A DNA stretch of 64,000 nucleotides from Syncephalis fuscata S228. Lineage: Eukaryota > Fungi > Zoopagomycota. Within the stretch, counting starts at the first letter, position 1, and every line of letters begins with the position of its first letter. Where the stretch lies: contig JAHLTZ010000019.1 of NCBI GenBank assembly GCA_025786725.1, positions 248,001-312,000 on the forward strand. Direction: 5' to 3'. The position numbers and the translations under genes were made by a program. Of the stretch, positions 56,201 through 64,000 are shown in pieces. The notes under the pieces are model-generated. The model worked only from the letters and a program-made list of their open reading frames with translations. It did no database searches and was not told the origin of the DNA.

Positions 56201-57682
56201 CACTTATATGAATTGTCACGGTTAACGTCATGGGGCTTTACCATCCTACACATAGACAATGTCTACTGTAAACGTGATTGGTGATCATTAAATAGGGATG
56301 AAAATGGTGAATATGTAATAAAATTCAAATAATAGTATTTTTGTGGTGTAATAACAATCGGCTAGAATGGCTACCTATTTTGAAAGTGAATAGGATGCTA
56401 AATATAATGCGTATCCAGCCATGTAGACATTACACGATTATTAAAAGTATAGTTCATGATAATAAAAAGAAAATAATTAGCGTAAAACGTTTGCAACAAT
56501 AGAAAGGAGTAGCGTAGACGAGTGGATAGAAAAAGGAGAGAGAAAGAGAGAGAGAGATGTGAGGGCATCATGGGGGATTGTAGTACAATTGGCGGTGTTT
56601 TTACGTTGGAAGGCGCTTGTAATTTACTTGCGCTTTTTGACCTCGTCGACTTGTATCAGTAAGACCAAAATAGAAATCGCCCATAATTGCTTATCCAGCA
56701 ATGGCGCCATTTGAACCAAATTAACTGCGTCGAAACAAACTAAAGAACGTTGAACTGAGACAATAACACATGGTCTTCGTCGCATGGCTCCGCCGCCGAT
56801 TAACACCGCCAATATTTTATTTACCATTCATTAAACATGATTGGGTAGACTGCCATGTGGCTGTTACGTCTGTAACACTCTACACTTATCTACCAAAACA
56901 GACACTTGATCGTATAAATAAGGAATAACGTATTTGTAAAGCACGCTCGATGTATCAAATACCGTTGGCATTTTATTCTAATTCCGCCCGAATTTTCGTT
57001 CTCCCACGTGAATTACGTTGATGGCCAAACAATACTGCCGCTGTCCATTCGACGTAGACCAAGCGTGCGTATGTGCAGATGGCATGAACAATACCGCCGC
57101 GTCTCTCTCTCTCTCTTTCTACCTTGATCAACCGGTGTGCATGTATGTGTGCGCGTTATTCGAACTAGATTCAACAAGCAGACGTAAAAAAAACTTGTTT
57201 ACCGTTATCCTTGTTATAACTGCAGCCGTCACATTTCTAAACGTTGTGTACTTGGATTGGTTCCTAGATCGCATCTGTGGTCTTGAATGAATGAATAGTG
57301 CATGCTAAGACGCGCACAAATAGACAAGCATGTCATGCTCATTGGGCGGAATAGTCGTAATGGGCATGGTCATGTCCAATCGTCAATCAAGAATATTTTG
57401 TCTGTACGTTTGTGTGCCGGTGATGCAGCAAATGATTTTTTCAAACTTCCATGGATGTGTGGTGATCGATCATCAACTATTTTCATCTAACGCACACTCT
57501 CCTACCATCACTAAATCGGACCGGCGCATCCATGTGTTTTAATAAGCACGTATTCTTTCTTACCTTTGTAACATTACGTCGTGCTATTCTTGGACAAATA
57601 GAAATATTTTGCACCAGTGTTATATACTCGATAAAGCATTTCAGATTTATTTGTACTATTTATCGTTATATCGATACTATCA

Positions 57683-59339
57683 TCAGTAAAATAGCCAGCC
57701 AGCTTGGGCCTCAAGTATATTGGCTGGCGCAGTTAGGAAACCGGTTGGTTCGCTAGGCAAGCTATGAGCCGTAGAGGGGGAGGCGAAGGCAACTCCTCCA
57801 CCGCCCACTTTTGTTTCGTAACACTCGTAGCCATGATCCGCAAGCAGCTGCTGGACACTTGCTAGTGTAGTAGCCGGCGTATCTGCATTTCTAAATTAGT
57901 ACAGTGTTATCTGTTCTACATAGCATCACTTGCCATCTGGCACCAGTGTAAGTGCACATCCTCCACCGCCTGCACCGGTGAGTTTAGTAATTAGTCCATG
58001 TTTCTGTGTAACTTGTCGCACATCCTCGAGTGCTGGATGGCCAACGCCTAAGGCGGCTAACAAGTGATGGTTGATGTCGATCAATTGCTAAAAATTATTA
58101 GTAAATTTATTAGTTAAGGAATCAGATTGTAAAAACTATTTACTTTAAGATCATCAAAACTGTCCGGCAACTGTTCTGTAATGGTATTAATGTTAACACT
58201 GGTATTGTTAAGGCTTAATAAATGGTCACCTTTTGCTACTATTGCCTTAAAAGCTTCACTGATATTATGGATTGATTCCAGAATTGGTGTTATTACAGTT
58301 GGCATCTATAGTGTCATTGTGTAAATAGTTTAACCATTTAGCAGCTATCATCTTACACTGTTATACCGTTGACGCACACCAGCCACTAATACTTTGGTGT
58401 TTCGTGGCACTTTTGTATTGGTAATAATAAATCGCAGCGATTGAAATCTAAATACTTATTAATACTAATTAACATGGATTATTAAATTTATTTACGCATT
58501 TAACGGGCTCATCTTGCCACCCACGAATGCAAGAGCACCACCTAAATTATATGGTACATTAATTACTTATTCCACATATATTGGTGTACAATAGCCAACA
58601 CTTACCATAACAGCTTACAGTGTTATCGACACCGGATGGATTGCCGTGAACAACCTTTTCGGCCAAAAAGGCCCATGCATTGATACGATCGAGTACAGAG
58701 GATTACTGCCCGCTACAGATGGCATCTGTTCCAACTCGAAAAGATGGCGTATTGCCGCGGCAATACATACGCAATATGATGCCGATGATCCAAGACCGGC
58801 ACCTATTGGAAGGGTGGACCGGGTACAGAATGTAACACCGGGCCATTGATTTGTTTGTACAGCAGCAAGAATATATAGATAAAGAAAGGCTACTACTGCC
58901 GATTGCTGTGGATGAGCAGGTAGTTGAGTATGCTCGATAAGTGTAGCTTGTAAAGCGGCATCAAGAGCGACAGGCTGGCCGACTATAATCGGGTCTATAG
59001 CTAAGCAATATCACTATTAATTATTTGTTAATTATTGATACACTCGGCTTTTTACCTGTAACATCAACGCGTGGTAATTGTTCTGTATTAATAGAGAATT
59101 CCACACCAACATCTGGTAATTGCAAACAAAGGACATTATCGTCGTGTGGACAAACAAGCGAATATGCGCGTAAATCGAGACTACCAGCAATGGCCGTCTA
59201 AACCAAAAAGTTATTGACTTGGTCATTAGTCCAATAACATATTATTGTTATTTTTACATACTTTGCTGTAAACAACGGCATGTTCACCAAATAATATAAC
59301 TTTGCCCGGTGCTGATACAAAAAATGATTCTTTTCTCAT
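57683..59339 (-). CDS. ERG12: Mevalonate kinase
   Basis: [53 protein letters not shown] and [10 protein letters not shown]. Confidence 0.95.
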
Positions 59340-59551
59340 TTTACTATTGTTATAATAATACTATTACTATTGCTATTGCTATTGTTACTATTATTATGAC
59401 CACAACTATGGCTATTATTTAATAACTAAACGGAATGAACGAAAGAGTAAAGAATAAAATGGGTAGTACGCGTCACGCCATACTTTCTAGCGTTAAAGCA
59501 GAGCCAATCAAAATACGCAAGTTAAAACCAATCAATTTATTGTATAGAATT

Positions 59552-61128
59552 TTAGCTGGATTGTCCTTTAGTCAAGATGGCTGGTCTTAATGAAGACATA
59601 GTAATAAGAATGGCTTCCTGTAAGAGTACAGTTAGTTAGTAATACATTTAATAATAAAATTGATGTCTAGTTACCTCAGTGCGAATTGTTCGACTGCCTT
59701 GTCGAGGACAGCTGTTGACCCAGTAAGTAAACATTGATCCTGCATCTTCACCAGGACATGTAATCTGTTGATCGGCATCAACGGCCGTTTCTATACCTGC
59801 CAATCCGCCAAATACTACTAATAGATGTCTGAGATAAATGCAAATTAAAAATAAAGTTTAAATACAATTATTATTGAACTATTATTACCGGAATGTTGGT
59901 AGTTCGGCAGTAACTTTGTCAATATCACGTCCACGTTCAGATGTACCAATAGTACAGTCATAGCCGCCCTGAATAATACACCATTAAATAATGTACTTTA
60001 ATTTATTATACTTACATCAAATGGACATTCACCAAATACTTTGCCGATCGATCCAGCAATTCGTGTTCGATACCCCCAGTAGACACCGGCTGTTTTACGT
60101 GGCACCTTGGGCGAGACGACAATACCTTTAGGGTGTGCCGAGAATGGATCTACATAAATATTAATTTATTAATTTATTATAGGTATTGCTGGATTATTGT
60201 TATGATAGTCTACCTCTTGTGGCCTTGCTTAGTTCGACGGTAACTCTTACACCAGGTTTAAGAGCACGGTCAATGCGTACTTCCTATCAACATATAAATG
60301 GGATGTAGTAATTAATGCTAGCAACTTACTCGTCGCATACCGGCATTCACAAGTGACCCTTCGCCTGGCTGTATTGGTCTATCAAGCACAACTGCTTCAC
60401 GCCAGCGCGACACTGCACGTGCACGTAAATGATGGGGGCAATCCAGTGGATTCAATAAGCCTGATTTCAAATATATTAGATACTGAATTAGGCTCCAATC
60501 AAATAGTTACCAGCATATTGCAAGTCTTTATGGACTGGAAAAAGATCTCGACGTAAATATCTAATTAATGTTAGTAATTCATTAATGTGTATTAGCTACA
60601 TTCACTTACTGTGGCGTTTCCAAGTATTGTAATAGTCGAGCCATAAACACGTTGGCCTCGGATGAAGAGCGCTTTCCTGCTCCACGAAATTCTCCCTCAA
60701 GTGGCTTTCCTGCCGTGTCTAATTGTGCACAATCGTCAAATACCACAACTTCATCGATGTTGAATATAGCAAGTGCTCGTCCAATCTATTTCCGATAAGT
60801 ATATATAAACGTATAACCATAGTGCCACTGCAGCGTACCTGTCCCACTAGATACGTGCGCAGCTCTACCGACTGAGCATTATCGACGATAGAGCCTGGTA
60901 TCGCCACTGATACTGTCCAGTTCCGTCCTTTACCGTCGCCCCATTCCTCTTCTACTGATGGACCTGTTGGCGACACATAAGACGGATGGTGCTCTGGATG
61001 AGATTGCCTTTGAAAAGGCCCGTCCCGACGTGGTTTGCGTGTCTCACGCTATAGTGCATGACATTCTGTTAACACAATAGTAAGCGATTGGTTTGGCAAC
61101 TTACTGAATCCTGTCGATGTTTGCCCAT
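59552..61128 (-). CDS. SPOUT1/C9orf114-like (DUF171) RNA methyltransferase
   Basis: TVSVAIPGSIVDNAQ...LVGQIGRAL, LLQYLETPQYLR, GVYWGYRTR, IGTSERG and QGSRTIRTEEAILI. Confidence 0.9.
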
Positions 61129-61454
61129 GCCTCAATAGCGTTAGTGTTGTTTAAAAAAAATAAAAAAATAAAAAAATAATAACTAAATTTATTAATATAC
61201 TCAACAATAATTACTTATTTTTGGTGGTGAAATAGTTTTTATTATATTCACTAACAAACTACTGACAAACGTGTTCTATGATAGATATGATATATTGATA
61301 TGTTTAGATAAAATAAGTCAAAGCCTACAAGATAAAATAACGATTAACTATGTGGGATTACAGTGCATGTAACTCAATGAATAAAGTAAGTGAAATGTAT
61401 CAAAGCTTATAGCGAGAGGAACGTATTCAATATATAATGCAATGCTATATGTAT

Positions 61455-61580
61455 ATTGGATATATGCATACTGATAATAAATCTACGATGATGAGTATCT
61501 TAGACTTTGATGTCACTCACCACCCATCATTATGTTCAATAGATTAAATGTTATTAAAAATAGCCATTTAACACTAAATT
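61455..61580 (-). repeat. Solo copy of the dispersed module
   Basis: ATATGCATACTGATAATAAATCTACGATGATGAGTAT...GTCACTCACCACCCATCATTATGTTCAATAG...AGCCATTTAACACTA matches 27530-27646 and 49700-49779. Confidence 0.85.
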
Positions 61581-62566
61581 ACATCAAATGATTAACAAAT
61601 TAATCATCGTTTACAAGAATAAAAGATCATTTTATTTAATTAACAAATAAAATGATATATATATATTGTAACATAAACGATAATTATACGGTATCGTTAA
61701 CTAATCATATTATTGTGAATAAAAAAGTTTAACTGGATATGGATTTTAGTATTTAAGAATCAGTAATGCCGAACATAACAGAATAGCAAATAAAACTCAT
61801 TGTCTTATTTTAAATGGTTTTAGTATATCTGCATGTTTTGTCAGCAATTTAAGTTTTGTTATAATTTTAATTACTATCAATGTAAAAATAAATACTAGAC
61901 CAGTCATTTTAAAGCGAGTAGTAGTTGGTTTTGCTGTTATTGTTAATCAATTCCAAAGAATATGAATATCAATATCAAATTGTAATATTGAAGTAAACAG
62001 CCAATTCAGTTAGCAAGACTTGTGGCTGTGTATTTGAATGCATAAATAAACAAATAACTGCAAATCATAAATGATCGTTTATACATTTGGTGTGAATAAA
62101 TGTTTATGTCAGAAAAATAATAATGCTAAATAATAAAGTATAGCTGTGTCCATTCAGAATCACAGTAGATGACATATCTATGCCAATCCAATACCGCTTC
62201 TATATGGTAAATACATAAAACTGGGCAATACTGCCAACAGAATAGCTGTGTTTTTAATTGTTTAGTGTTAAATCCAGAGTTTTCTTTGATAAACTACGGT
62301 ATATCTAATGATGCATTGTTTGTTTATAAAATTGACATGTTTTATTGGCTTAGCCGTTGCTGAAGTAAACAACAGTAGTCATGAGTCTACATGCTTGCAT
62401 CTGTATAGCAACTGTAGTAATGCTAGGTCAGATTCATCCGATAGCAACAAGTTTATTTGCACTCAAACAAGGGGAATTCAGAAATTACAGCCGGTTGCCT
62501 TTTTTTCATTGTCCCATTGTAGTATAGGTAGACGACGTGGCCCACGACATATTTCATTGAGCAGAT

Positions 62567-63921
62567 ATGGAGACTCAGGACGATGTAACAAGCCGGCTTT
62601 TGGACGAAGCTACAAGACGACTGACACGCAGTATGGAAGAGTCCTCTCAAGCACAGCCGAGTGCTGGCAATAACGGGGGAAAAACCAAAGAGCTAGACGA
62701 ACGACATATCGAACGCAGTCAGTCGCGCGATCGATTACGCCGTCGGCTACGATCAAAATGTACAAGTGCTGCACGAATAAAACTACACACGCTTACTTGC
62801 TTGTGACAGCACTCATAGAGGGCCAGGATAGCCATTATGAAGAGATCAAAACAGACATTGCTTCGTTCGACTACCAAGCACATGCCATGTCAGCTGATGA
62901 TAATAACGACGATGATAGCAAGTTGAAGTTTTTAGAAGGCAAGTATGGAAGTGTAGAGTGTTCCGTTGATAAAATAAAATACAACATTTGCTAACAGTAG
63001 TTGTTATAGCCGAACAGCTAAGGAGCGCGTGTAAGTGTACCGAGTGTATCGATAACGAGTATGCGCAGTCTAACGTGTCATCAAGTTTACCGATTGCTAC
63101 GATGGGAGGACCCGATGTACACGTTGGTCGTGTTGGGGGCTTCGCTGGCCACAGTTTCCCTGACGGTCAACCAGTCGCCATTGGTAGTTTTGCTGGCCGT
63201 TTCTACACTGGCTTTGGCCATGGGCCTAGCTGGATTCCGGCTATGGGCACTGCTGACACAGATACTGTGGCTACGAGAGACTGCCTATCGTAGACGGTGG
63301 GTATTAGTAGGAAGTAGGCTGTAGCACTAATACCGCGCCGATAACAGACAGGAGACGGTTGCTAAATACAAAGAAAGAGTTGCCGATGCCATGGCCAAAC
63401 TCATCAGAGTATGGGCTACATGGTGGCTTGATCTGGTGCTGGTCAAAGATGAGCAAGAATCATTTAAGGTAGTGTGAACAGCATGGGCCATGCATAACTG
63501 ATTTTAGCTGGAATAATACTAGGCATTGATAGCATGTTTTGTATTTTGGATGCTGTGCATATTCTATCCTACCTGGGTCACGCTCAACGCAGGTATGTGG
63601 TTCTTTGTCCAATGATACATATAGCCAATCGTATCGGCAGCGGTAATATGCTTGTTTACTTTTCCGAAAATAGGCCGAAAAGCTCGAACTATTGGAATAT
63701 ATCTATTGGAACAAACACACCAGGAAGGGTAGGTGACAGTGGATGACAATGCTGCTAATATACCGACCACACTTAGTATTTCAGGTGTTATAAGAGATCT
63801 GATTCAGCAAGCTGCTGACACAAAGGATACGATACTTGTTTGGTTATTGAAGCGATTAAAAAAGGTATCAGCCACTGAAGCAACACAGACTAATTCGGAT
63901 AATCCTCGTGATGATAGCTGA
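62567..63921 (+). CDS. Reticulon-like membrane protein
   Basis: VYRLLRWEDPMYTLVVLG followed by a long hydrophobic segment; a second hydrophobic segment follows LDLVLVKD...SFK; multi-exon. Confidence 0.65.
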
Positions 63922-64000
63922 TTGTGAAGCTTATTTTGAAGGTCTAAGAATATGCATTTGATTGTATAAACCAAATACAAATGCTGTCACCAACTTGTGC

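Noticed and set aside
55697-56240. RNase MRP/P RNA (AAAGTCCG ... TGGGGCTT)
   Set aside because: The motifs are short, their spacing is too long and P4 pairing is not convincing.

Overview
This is eukaryotic, AT-rich, intron-dense DNA with short GT-AG introns (about 50-70 nt, CTAAY branch sites). It is most consistent with an early-diverging fungus; a Zoopagomycota/Syncephalis-like origin is inference only. Compact blocks of conserved genes are present: an Ngl/Angel-type EEP nuclease 3' end, DBP2, a Siw14-like phosphatase, SEC17, VPS37-like, NRAMP, eIF3m, KIAA0930-like, tRNA-Trp, SCAMP, SCP2, a Ser-rich surface protein, glucosidase II alpha, Acinus-like, RRN6/TAF1C-like, mevalonate kinase, SPOUT1 and a reticulon-like gene. 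These blocks alternate with repeat islands at about 0.2-12, 23.4-27.7, 39.7-49.8 and 61.2-62.3 kb. The islands are built from one dispersed module (core TGGTGTYAAATGAC...CTATTGAACATGA...GGTGAGTGACRTCAAT...AAATACTCA) that occurs in both orientations and delimits TATA-driven lineage-specific genes and relics (an FHA-kinase, an F-box-like pseudogene, decayed ORFs). Highlights: (1) a tRNA-derived SINE with an 18-bp target-site duplication inserted in the module; (2) a near-identical multi-kb inverted duplication in which a 26-bp unit is present about 2 times in one copy and about 90 times in the other; (3) a 1.8-kb foldback palindrome; (4) a 570-nt cluster of G-U-rich hairpins; (5) the large structured DBP2 intron; (6) an 8-nt microexon encoding the kinase catalytic D-I-K; (7) an NRAMP with substituted metal- and proton-coupling residues. 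No transposase or reverse transcriptase is seen. Coordinates were read by eye; gene spans are start-to-stop including introns.
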